A stretch of DNA of 64,000 bases from Blastocladiella emersonii ATCC 22665 (lineage: Eukaryota > Fungi > Blastocladiomycota): contig JANHCV010000001.1 in assembly GCA_025594325.1 (NCBI GenBank), positions 1,550,001-1,614,000 of the forward strand, given 5' to 3'. Shown here one piece after another: positions 22,662 through 34,387 of the stretch. The notes under the pieces were generated by a model. That model was not told the DNA's origin. It did no database searches and saw nothing but the letters and a program-made list of their open reading frames with translations. Both the position numbers and the translations under genes were made by a program. Position 1 is the stretch's first letter. Each line of letters starts with the position of its first letter.

Positions 22662-24744
22662 CGATGTGCGAATAGACATGGCCGGTTTTGCGCGTTGACG
22701 ACGACGGACATGCACCCTCATCTGGTCTCGACATGACGCGGCGGCGGGCAGGTTCCACGCCGGGCGCGGCGACTTCCTCCTCATGCGCGCGTTGCTCGGA
22801 GCCAAACGCGGACGCCATGATCGTCCTGCACGGCCCCCATGACGCGCATCGCGGTCACCGCCGCCGCCACGCGCGGCCACGAGGGCGACGGGCGCGGCGT
22901 CAGTGGTTCCGCGCCCCGCGTCGCGTTTCCCCATGCGACGCCGCGGCGTCGCGCCACCGTGCACCCCGTGGCCATGGGCTGAAGGAGCGTCGAGCCCAGC
23001 GAGTGGGGCCGGTGAACGGGGGCACGCGCCTGGGTGCGAATGAAATGACGATTTTTTTTTTCCACCCTCTTGGCGGCCAGCCAGCGGTTTTTCCGCGCGT
23101 CAGTCACGTGCGGCCTAGAGATAGGTTTTGCTCGGGCACGGGTGCGATAGGCGGGGCGAGGGCGAAGGCGGGCTTGCCTTCAGCCTGTTTTTGCCTCGGA
23201 GCCGGCGAGGTTGGCAAAAGGGAGCGGGGTCCCTTCGCACCGCCCGTCAACACGCAGGGCAGCAGAAGCAGAGGGACAGAGCACCTCGTGTACGTTGGCC
23301 GCCGCCGCCGTCAAGTTCGGCTTCCATCCTCGCCTTCTCTCTCTCGCTCCGCCGACCCGGTCCGCAGACGCACACATACTCTCCCTCGTCTCCGCCTCGC
23401 CGCTGCGGCCCGCTTCCCCCTCCCTCCCAGCGCGCGCGAACCCCGACCCGCGACCCGCACCCCCTCCCGACTCGATTTGCACGTTTTGCCTCCCTGCGAC
23501 CGCCGACGAGGTCCGTCGCCCCTCCCTCGCCCGCGCGATGATGTCGAGAGTGATGCAAACTCGAGGGCGAGTGCAGTGTGGGGCCATGGGCCCGACCAGT
23601 CCACCCCCGAGCACACTCGTCCAAGAGTTGACCATGGCCGCCGCCGCCGAGGCACCGTGGCCACGTTCGCTCTCGCCTGTTCATCTGCGCCCTCCTTCCC
23701 CCTCTTCCCGCCCAACAACCGCCGCCTCCGCCACTGCCACAACGCCATGGATTCTAATGCAGCCAGTCGTCACCATGTAGCAGTGACTTGCTAGCTTCAC
23801 CCCCACACTTGTACTACTCTGATACCACGCTTGCGCTCGTCGTGCTCTCTGGTACGCTCTCGAACCTCTCCCCGGCAACAGCAGCATGTGGTCGACGAGG
23901 ATCGGCACCGAGTGTTCCCGCGAGCGATCCCCATCCTACCCTGTCTGTCCGCGGCGGCGACCGGCGACGGCCGGCCGACCCGAAACAGCACGGTGCCGCG
24001 CCCCGACCGCCTGTCTCCCTCGCATCCCACCCTTGTCCCACACACACGCGCGCCCCTGCTCTCCCGACCCGCCCCGACCTGCCGTTCTCATCGCCCCCAC
24101 CGCCGCCGTCTCATACCCATGCCTCCCCGGGCCTCGCCAGCCTGAAAATGGCACTCCTGCTGCGCGCAGGGTCGGTCGAAGTGGATCCATCCACGCCGGC
24201 CGGCCCGCTTCCCACTCCACATCGCCGCTCGCCGCTCGCCGCTGCCACTTCTCCCGCGGCCCCAGCGACCACACTCGCTCGCTCGCCCGCGCCGCGTGTT
24301 TCGAGAACGGCCTCCTCGCCGCACACCGTCTGCTGAGACACGCGCGTGCGCCCTGCCATGGCCGCCCGCTCGCGCAGCCCTGATCTGGTCCCACTTGCTC
24401 CCTGCCGCCAACCCATCGCCGCCGCCGCCGCTTTCACGGTCACCGCTGTCGCTGTCGCTGTCGCTGTCGCCGCCGCCCGTACGCGTCCTCGTGGCGTGCC
24501 GTGTCCGATGACGCCCGCGGCCGCCGTGACGCGTCGCGCTGCCTCGCGCCCGGCCCTTCATCTGCGTCACTCTCCCCCCGCCCTCGCCCCGCTGCTGCCG
24601 TCCAGCTCCACAACGTCCTCCCGCCCGCTCGTCCTCGCCACCCCCACCGCTGCTGCTGCTGCTGTCATCGCCGCCGCCTAAGCTCACACGCAACTCACAT
24701 CCTCGCACGCACGCCCACCATCAGCCCCTGCTCCTTCAACCACC

Positions 24745-27465
24745 ATGCTGTCGTCCTTCTCAACCTCCCCGCCGGGCTCGCCCGTGCCCTCGCTCACCTC
24801 CCACCCTCCCGCCGCCCCGGCCATCACCGTCACGGGCACCGCGTCGCCCATACTCTCGGCCGCCCCGTCCCCCATGGGCTCGCCCATGAAGCGCGGCTCG
24901 CCCGTCCCCGGCGCCTCGGCCACCTCGCCCCCGAGCACGGCCCCGTCGGCGCTGGCCGCCGCCGCTGCCGCTGCCGGCGCTGCTCACGGCGTGTTGAGCT
25001 CCGCCAGCAGCATCCACAGCAACCACTCTGGCTCGTCGGTCGTCGTGACCTCGCTCCCCGGCGCCCCGCCCGTCCGCAAGCCGTCCTTCATGCACAAGCT
25101 GCGCGACTCGGTCCAGGACGTGGTGTCGTCGGCCACGGGCCGCCCGCGCGCGCCCTCGTCCAACGGGTCCACGTCCGGCCGCTCGTCGTCGGGCCAGGGC
25201 CGCCCGCGCTCGTCGTCGGGCTCGTCGTCGCCCGTCGCACAGACTACCCCGCCCACCTCGCCTATGCTCGTTCCGTCGCACTCGTCGACCGCCCAGCACT
25301 CGTCCTCGACCGCCGCCGGTATGGCCGCGCTGTCGTCTGGCGGCTCGCCGCTCCTCGGCGCCACGCTCGCCACCCCGCCCACGACTCCGGGCAACGAGGC
25401 GTTCCCGTCGTTCCACCTCATGGGCTCGTCGCCGCCCGCGCCCGCGCCCGTCGCCCCCTCGCACGGCGACGCGTCGCCGCCCTCGACCATGGAGCGCAAG
25501 CCCTCGTTCAAGGAGGTGATGCAGAACCTCAAGTCGCGCACGCTGTCGCTCGGCCGCTCAAAGTCCAACGACCACCCGAACGGGTCCGGCCGCTCCGACA
25601 CGCTGTCGGGCAAGGACGCCAACGCGCCCGGCACGCTCGGCGAAAAGTACGGCGTGTGCGAGAAGGGGTGCATCGGCAAGGGCGCCACGGCCGTCGTCAA
25701 GCTCGTCCACAAGCCCATGATCCCCGGCGACGCCAACTCCGAGGACCGCGTCTACGCCGTCAAGGAGTTCCGCCGCCGTCGCAAGAACGAGTCGGAGCGC
25801 GAGTATATCAAGAAGCTCACGTCCGAGTTCTGCATCTCGTCGTCGCTCAGACACATCAACGTGGTCCAGACCATTGACCTGATCCAGGACGAGAACCAGC
25901 ACTGGTGCGAGGTCATGGAGTACTGCGCTGGCGGCGACCTCTACTCGGTCATCAAGGGCGGCAAGATGACGCGCGAGGAGATTGACTGCTGCTTCAAGCA
26001 GCTCGTCCACGGCGTCCACTACCTGCATACCAACGGCGTCGCCCACCGCGACATCAAGCCCGAGGTGCGTTTGCCCGGTGACGCCGCACGCGTGTCCAGT
26101 CCGACTGACCCTTGCCTTTCTTCCTCGCTCCCAACAGAACCTCCTCCTCGACTCGGACGGCCACCTCAAGATCACCGACTTCGGCGTGTCCGAGGTGTTC
26201 AAGATCTGCTGGGAGACCGAGGCCCATCTCTCCAAGGGTGTCTGTGGCTCTGGTACCGTGTCTCTCTCACGCACACGCGCCGCCCCGGGCGTGCGATGAG
26301 ATTGGTGTGGTGTGGTGTGGAAGTGGTGGCTCATTTGCTCCCCCGCTTGCGTCTCCGCTAGAGCCCTACATTGCCCCCGAGGAGTTTGAGGGCGCCGAGT
26401 ACGACGCGCGCGAGGTCGACGTTTGGTACGCTTTGCTCACTCGCCCTGTCGTCACCGTCCCACATCGCTGACACTCGTACATCACGTAGGGCCTGCGGCA
26501 TCGTCTACTATGCCATGATGTACCAGGGCATCCCGTGGCGCCACGCGACGGCCGACGATCCCAACTACTCGTTTTTCCTTAAGCACCGCGGGCGCAACTT
26601 CGAGGCCATTGACCGGCTCCCCGAGGGCTGCCGCGAGCTCATGTACAAGATCCTCGAGCCCAACCCGCGCAAGCGCGCCACCATCACCGACATCCTCGCC
26701 GACCCGTGGTTCCAGTCCATCACCACGTGCTTCGAGTGCCGCGAGTACGGCACCGACCTGCCCGAGGGCGTCGACGAGCGCCCGTCCGACAACCCGCGCC
26801 ACGTCCACCACATCCAGACCATCTCGCCCCCGCGGTCCCGCGCCAACTCCAACGCCGCCCACCAGGCCGCCGCTGCTGCTGCTGCTGCCGCTGCGGCCGC
26901 CGCGGCTGCCTCGGGCACCGCCCCGCCCATGCCGCCGCCCCCGTCCACGGTGTCGGGCGGCAGCGCCACGGCGACCGCTCCCGCGGCCCGCGAGCCGTCG
27001 AATCGCGGCATGGCGCGCCGCGACGTATCGCGAGAACCCCGCGGCGCCAAGGACCGCGAGAAAGATAAACCGGAGCTCACCCTGCAGCAGCAGCAGTCGC
27101 AACCGGGGCTCGGGTCCGCCACCGCCGGCATGTCGTCGACGGGCTCTCTGCCGCGACCCTCGGGCACCGTGTCGCCGACGGGCTCGTCGGGCGGCCAGCC
27201 CCGCGCCGTGTCCCCGCCAACGTCGATGCCCGGGTCGCCCACGTTCGTGCCCACCACGTCGGCCGACTACGCGGCCATGGTCGCGGCGCTCGGCGGACCG
27301 CCCGGCGCCGGGTCCGGGTCCGGGTCCGGGTCCGGGTCTTCGGGCTCGGGCTCCGCGCGCGGCGGCGCTAGCCCGAAGCGGCGCAGCTCGAGCCCCAGCG
27401 CCGGCGGCAAGGGCGGGCTGTCCAAGATCGAGGCCGCGTTTAAGGACCTCCTCCATCTCCACTAG
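24745..27465 (+). CDS. HAL-family (Hrk1/Prr/Sat4/Npr1-like) Ser/Thr protein kinase. Introns 26065-26137, 26253-26361, 26426-26489; possible upstream exon from 24358.
   Basis: IGKGATAVVKL, YAVKEF, YIKKLTSEFCISSSLRHINVV, HRDIKPEN, ITDFG, GSEPYIAPEEF, DVWACG. Confidence 0.9.
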
Positions 27466-28572
27466 CCTCGGCTTCGCGCCCCGTGCAGGGCGTCCTCGTC
27501 TTCATTACCTCACCCCAACCTCAACCCTATCCTCCCCCGCATGTAAGCCCCATAGATCTCTCTTCTCTCCCTTCGTCTTTGCAATACTCCACCCCTCCCC
27601 ACCCACCTCAGCTGCTCCGCTCCGCCTCGCGCCTCCGCTCGTGTTTGTGTATCGTATGCGATGCATGGTCTTGGTCTGCGTGCTCTCACTTCGTGTCGGT
27701 TGCGTTCAGTCAAGGATTTGTTGGTCAGCAGTCAGCAAGGTCAGGCTCGCTATCAGTTGCTACTTTATCCTCGTGTGGTCGTCGCTTGCGACCGCGTCCG
27801 TGATCATGGCCGTGGTCGCGGAGTCCAGGTCGGCAGCGCGCCCCTGTGCAGATTCGGTCAAACGGAACTTTCGCGCACTGGACAGCGATCGTCGTCCTAC
27901 CTCATCAAGTCAGGCTCGGTGTGATGCTACTCTAACTGTCCGTGGTCGTCGCGCGCGGCCGTGGCCATGACCACGACCATGGCCACGGTCCAGAGCCCCC
28001 TCGAACCGCGCCGATCCCGGTCAACCTTCCTCCTCGTGGCGATACGGGGTCCACAGCCACATCGTACGCACTCCCCGACTCCTCAAACAGGGCGCGGTCG
28101 GCGATCGCCCTGCTCGAGAGCAACCGCGGTCGACGTGAGAGGCGACGGTGGCCAGCAGGCCCGACGCGTCAAGGCCGCGCTTCACCGCGCCGGCCACCTC
28201 GTACACGTCGCCACCGCCGCCCTGCGCCCGTTGCGCCAAGTTGCCAACGTTGATCATCGCGGATACTTCGCGATCCGCTTCACAAAGGGGAGCGCGGATC
28301 CATCACGTGGCGTAGAGTTTCTGCGCGTCTCACGGGAGCGGCGCCGGCCGGCCGGCCGTCCGCGGGCCCGTCGTCGCCCGTTGCATCAGGGGCTCTGCCC
28401 TCCCTCCCCTTCTCTCCCCGCCACATTCACGCAACGCAACGCAACGCATCCAGCAACGTATCGACTGCGCCGCCGCCGCGCTGCTGCTCCCTGAGAATCC
28501 CGCACGCCCGCTCTCTCGGCCCAGCCGGCGCTCCGAGCACCGACGACGCACTCGCGGGTTCTCCTGCCCACC

Positions 28573-31500
28573 ATGGACAACACACCACACGGCAACGGTC
28601 ACGGCAACGGCCATGGCCATGGCAACGACCGCCACCACCATCACAACCAGAATGCGAACGGCGGCAACGAGCACGACCTGAATCTCGGTACGGGATCGGC
28701 GCGCGCGCGGGATCCGCGAGGTGAGCGAAGCTCACCCACCCTTACGATTGCGTGTATGCACAGACGACAACGGGCCAACGCCGCGCCCGCGAAGCTGGAA
28801 CGGCCTCCCCTCCACATCCTCCTCTTCGGCCGCGGGGTCGCGCTCGTCATCGGTCGCTGCGGGCCCGCGGCTCATGTCGCCCGGCGACGACTTTCGGCCA
28901 ACGCGCGAGGTACGGGATCGGCTCTATGTACATCAGAGCAGGCGAAGACTGACGCTCTCGGCTACGCCTAGTTTGAGGAGCTCCGGCGGCAGATTGACCA
29001 GTCCGAGGCCCGCTTTGAGCGCGAGGGCAAGGCCGCCAAGGCCCGCATCGCCGAGCTGTCGAGCCAGATCACCCAGCTCACGCAGGACCGCGTCAACCTC
29101 AAGTCCGAGATCGACCAGGAGCGGGCCAAGGTCGTCAAGTTCACACACGAGCTCAGCATCACGCGGAATGCGGTACGTGATTCTCTTGGCGATTTGCGAT
29201 TTGATCTTGCTCGGGAGTGGCGGAGCTGACGCGACAACTGCGTTTCTCACCGTCTAGTACGACAAGGCCAACAAGCGCCTCGAGTCGTTTGAGAAGAACA
29301 ACGCGACGGTGCAGCAGCGCGCCAAGGAGCTCGAGCGCGCGCGCCAGGAGCTCGGCCGGTGCCGCACCGACCTGCAGGCCGCGCAGGCCGCCGAGCGCGA
29401 GTGCCAGGCGCTCCTGCAGGCGCGCGAGGCCGAGCTCCTGCTCAAGTCGCAGGAGCTCGACAAGCTCGAGAAGCGGTGCGACGCCCTGCGCGGCAACACG
29501 GAACTCGCCATGTCGCAGTACGCGTCGGCCAAGGACCGCCTGACCGCCGTCGAGAAGCAGCACACGGTCGAGCGCGACCGGCTCCTCGAGGACCTCGAGC
29601 GTACCCGCGAGGCCCGCGACCGGCTCCAGGACGACGTCAACAGCTTCTCGGCCGAGCTCGAGCAGCGCGAGCGCATCCTGCGCGACGCCCAGCACGTCCG
29701 CGACAAGGCCCTCGCCGACGTGACGCGGCTCAGCACCGAGCTCGAAATGCGCATCCGCGAAACGCGCGACCTCGAGGCCCAGAAGCGCAAGCTCGTCATC
29801 GAGGCCGAGCGCCTGCAGGAGTCGCTCAACGCCGCCGTCCGCGACCGCGACGCCCTGCGCGACCAGCTCGCGTCGGCCGAGGCCACCATCATCTCGCTCA
29901 ACGCCGCCCGCGACGAGCTCGTCGCCAAGCACAACGCCGCCATCGCCAAGCTCCGCGCCGAGGCCCTCCGCGCCACCGAGCAGCGCGACGCCCTGCGCGA
30001 CCAGTTCCGCGAGATGCGTGACGACCGCGAGAAACTCCAGACCGCGTTCCAGGAGCTCGCCGACCGCAACGCCCGCGAGTTCCAGGCCGCCGAGGCCGAC
30101 CACGCCAAGGCCCTCCGCGACGCCAACGCCGAGCGCGCCGCTGCCGAGGCCGCGTGGGCCCAGGAGCGCGCCCGCCTCACGCAGCGCGTCGCCGCCCTCG
30201 AGTCCGAGGCCCAGGACGCCCGCGGCCAGATCAAGACCGAGCGCATGAAGTGGACCGCTGAGCTCGCCCGGACCGCCGCCGAGCACAACGACTTTGTCCA
30301 GCTGCACCAGGGCTACAAGGACAAGACCACCAAGACCATTGCCGACCAGGGCGCCGCCCTCGCCCAGGCCACCGCCGACCTCGCCGCCGCCCGCGCGTCC
30401 GCCCAGGACGAGCGCAGGGCCGCGCAGTCGGAGCTCGAGGCCGCGCGCGCCGCGTGGGACGCCGAGCGCGAAGCGCTCCAGGCGCAGATCGACGCGGTCG
30501 TGGCGGTCGTGGCGGCTGCCGTCGACGACCTCCCCGTCGAGCGCCGGCCGATCCCAACGGCGCCGCTCGCCGACCACGTCCAGTGCATCGTCGACGCGGC
30601 CAACTCGATCCAGACGCAGCTCCGCGACGACCTCGAGTCGCTCCGCACCCACCACTGCGCGCAGCTCATCCAGGCACAGGAGTTTGCCCAGGCCATGCTC
30701 GTCGGCGCCCGCGAGGAGTCCAAGAAGTCCGGGGCCGAGGCGCGCAAGCTCGCCACCGAGCTTGCCGAAGTCAAACAGGACGCGGCCAAGCGCCGGACCG
30801 CCGCCGCCGCCGCGCTCCAGGCCGAGTCCACCCGCGCCGCCGCCGCCGAGGCCGACCGCGACGCCCTCCGCGACACGCTCTCGGCGCAGATCGCCGAGCT
30901 CCGCGAAGCCGACCGCGTCCGCGCCGCGAAAAAGGCCGAGCTCGAGACCCAGCTCGAGCTCGCCGACCAGCGCATCATCTCGCTCGAGGCCGACCTCGAG
31001 CGCGCCGAGACCCGGCTCCGCGCCCGCGACGCCGAGTTCGCCGCCGCCCTCCCGCCGCTCCGCGAGGAGCTCGACGCGGCTGTCCGCGACCGCGACGCCC
31101 TCGCGGCGCGCCTCGAGGCCGAGACCGGCGCCCTCGCCGTGCAGCTCGACGAGGCCCGCGAGCAGTTCGCGTGCGACCTGTCGAACCTCGAGCAGGCCCG
31201 CGACAACGAGATTGCCCAGCTCCGCGAGGAGCGCGACCAGGCCGCGACCCGGTTCGCCGACGCCGACCGCGCGCGGACCGAGCTCGCGGACCGCGTCACG
31301 GCGCTCGAGACGACCGCTAACGAGACCGCGGCCAGTCTCGCCGAGACCGAGCGCCAGCGCGCCGCGCTGCAGGCGTCGCTCGACCAGACCAACGCCCGCC
31401 TCGAGGACACGGAGCGCCGGCGCGCCGAACTCGAAGCGCGCGCGACCGAGCTCCAGGCGGCCGTCGACCAGGCGGCCAAGGAGAAGGCCGAGCTCGTCGA

Positions 31501-34051
31501 GGTCTCCATGCAGCTCGAGGCGCACTGCTCCGCGTCGGAGGCGCGCGTCGCCGAGCTCCAGACGCTGCTCGACCGCGCCACCGCCAACGCTGCGGCCGCG
31601 CTCGCCGAGGCCGCCGCCAACCACGAGCACGCGCTCGCCGAAGTCACGGCCGCGCACACGCGCACCGCGGCCGAGCTGCGCCAGGAGCTCGACGGCGTCC
31701 GTAACGCCAAGGGCTCCGAGATCGCCGCGACGCAGGCCGAGCTCGCGCAGCTGCGCGCGCAGATCCAGGACATGGAGGCCGCGCACGCGGCCGCGGTCGA
31801 GTCGGTCACGGCCGCGCACGAGGCGCGCACCCGCGATCTGCTCGACGTGGTCGCCAAGACCGAGTCCAGCATCGAGGCGTACAAGCACGACCTGTCGGCG
31901 CTCAACCGCAAGGCCGACGAGCAGCTCCGCAGCATCGAGTCGATGCAGGCCGTCATCGACGCGGCCAACGACGACAAGGCCGCCGCCGCCGAGGAGGTGC
32001 GCGCCGCCCGCGAGCAGGCCGACGTGGTTCGCCAGCAGCTCGCCGACACCGAGGCCGAGCTCGCACGCGTGCGCGCCGCGCTCACCGAGTCGGCCGACGC
32101 GAGTCGCGCGGAGCTCGAGCAGCAGCTCGCGTCGCTCCGCACCGAGCGCGACACGCTCGCCCAGACCCAGGCCGACGCCGAGCTCGCGCTCAACGAGGCC
32201 CGCGCCGCCGCCGCGACCCGCGAGCAGGTCCTCCGCGACCAGGCGCGCGCGCTCGAGGTCGACGTGGTCCAGGCGCGCAAGGAGGCCGCGGCCGCGGCCG
32301 AGTCGCTCGAGACGATCCAGGCGCGGTTCGCCGAGCTCCAGAACGTCGCTAGCGAGGCCGAGAGCCTGCTCGTCATGCAGGACAAGGAGCTCGGCTCGCT
32401 GCGCGAGCGCGTCACCGAGGTCGAGACCGAGCTCGCCACCGCGCGGTCCGCGCACGAGGCGGCGCTCGCCGAGGTCACCGCCGAGCGCACGGCCCACCAG
32501 GCTGCCGTCGCCGAGCACGCGCAGCGCGCGGCGCTTCTCGACGAGCAGCTCGCGCAGGGCCGCGCCCAGCTCGGCGCCATGTCCGAGGCGCACCAGGCGC
32601 AGGCCAACGAGTGGCGCCGCCGCGAGGAGCACCTCGAGACGGTGATCGCGGAGCTGCAGGACGAGCTGTACGACCTCGACGCGCTGGCCGACGCGCACCG
32701 CGACGCGCAGGCTCTTGCCGACGAGCTCAAGGACGGGATCAAGCACTACCGCACCATTGTCACGGAGCAACTCGCCAAGCAGGACACGGCCGACCAGCGG
32801 ATCCGCGACCTCGAGTGGGAGGTGCAGTGCCGGCAGGCGCTGCTCGACGTGGCGCACCACCCGTGGGTCGTCGAGTACCAGCAGTACCTCAACCGGCTCG
32901 CCGATTTCGAGCACCAGATCGCCTACGAGTTTGCCGTCATCTGCAGCTCACTCACGCAGCTCACGGCGCAGCAGATCACGGACGAGCGCGCCAGCTCGGC
33001 CGACGAGCGCATGTTCCTCCGCGTCCTCGACAACCTGCTCAGCACCGAGTCCAACGACCGCGCGCGCGTCGAGTGGGAGTTCTTGCGCCAGTGCGCGCCG
33101 ACCTACTCGTCGGGCGAGGCCACGACCCCCGAGCAGCTCGCGTGGGCCACGGCGACTGACCGTGACGAGGTGCCGCTCCGCATGCACGTGGCTGAGGTGC
33201 TGTTTGGCCAGCGTGACGACATGACGTCGATCCACGAGCAGCAGCTCGCCAACGTTATCGGCGACCTCCAGCACTCGCTGTCGCCCGAGCAGGCCGAGAT
33301 CATCACCCGCGCCAACGTCGAGTACCTCGAGCGCGCGCAGGCCCTCGAGTCCGAATGCCAGGAGCTCCGCAACCACCTCGTTCAGCTGCAGGAGCACCTC
33401 GCCAATGGCGGTGCCGGCGGCAACGGCGGCGGTATGGCCGCGCACCACGAGGAGGAGATTGCGCACCTCCAGGCGCGGCTCGCCGAGATCGACAGCGGCG
33501 GCCTGCTCCCGCGCCACGAGGAGCTGCAGCGCGAGTACGAGGCGCTCAAGGCGCGCGAGGCGCAGCTGACCAAGGAGCTCGGCGAGCTGCATGACATGAT
33601 CAGCTCAGTCGCCGGCCACCACAACGACAAGCAGCGCATCAAGTACCTCGAGTACCTCAAGCAGGACCGCACGCACCTGCGCGAGTCCGCGGCCGCGGCC
33701 CAGGACGAGCTGGCGGCCGCCAAGACCCGCATCCAGCAGCTCGAGGCCGAGCTCGACGCGCTCCGCGCGGTCCCCGGTACCGGCCGCCGCCCGCTCCACC
33801 CGCTCCCGCACCTCGCCCTCAGCAGCACGCCCGCGGGCCAGTTCGCACACCGGTTACCGTCGGCGAGCGTGCCGTCGATCGCGGGACCCTCGTCGCGCAA
33901 GCCGTCGTCAACCGCTTCAGCTGCTGCGATGGCGGCCGCGGCCGCGGCATCGGCGGGCGCGATCCGCCGGCCCAAGACCCCCGGAACGGCGGCGACCGGC
34001 GTCACGTTCGACCTGTCGTCGCTCCCAGAAACGCCCGCGGCGACCGAGTAG
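28573..34051 (+). CDS. Very long coiled-coil protein with an HMMR/KIF15-type C-terminal motif. Four exons.
   Basis: His/Gly-rich first exon. Introns start at 28688, 28911 and 29174 (GTACGG/GTACGT) and lead into the 29309..34051 ORF. Continuous heptads. AGHHNDKQRIKYLEYLKQDRTHLRE near the C-terminus. Confidence 0.8.
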
Positions 34052-34387
34052 GCAGTTTTTCCTTCGACAACGACGACGACCCGTTTTTTTGATCCCCTCA
34101 ACATAAAAGTCTGTATTCAACCCGTCATCCCCCTCATTCCATCATCTCCCTCACCCTGATCTCAATCACGATAAACGCGTATTATCCCTTTCGTTCGTGC
34201 TTTGTCTTCCTCGGAGGTCGGTCTGTGAGTGGGCCGAGCAAGTCGGGAGTTTGGGTCAGGATTCGCGTCGTTCATGTGGCATGACCTGGTTTCCTCTTCG
34301 CCAACTTCTCTCTCGCTCCTCCAACCCACTTTGATGCAGTTCGATCAGATTATGAGTTCTTACACAGCCATCTATTGACGAGTGGTG

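Noticed and set aside
27932-28290. Coding-like minus-strand stretch (MINVGNLAQRAQGGGGDVYEV...) with an apparent frameshift
   Set aside because: It has no recognisable domain, start or splice model. It may be a gene remnant, but I cannot support that.
29159-32914. 1251-aa ORF (and 30313..32742, 30294..32645) overlapping the coiled-coil gene
   Set aside because: These are antisense or alternate-frame shadows of a GC3-rich coding region (CTC/GAG/GCC bias removes stops). They have no domain signal.
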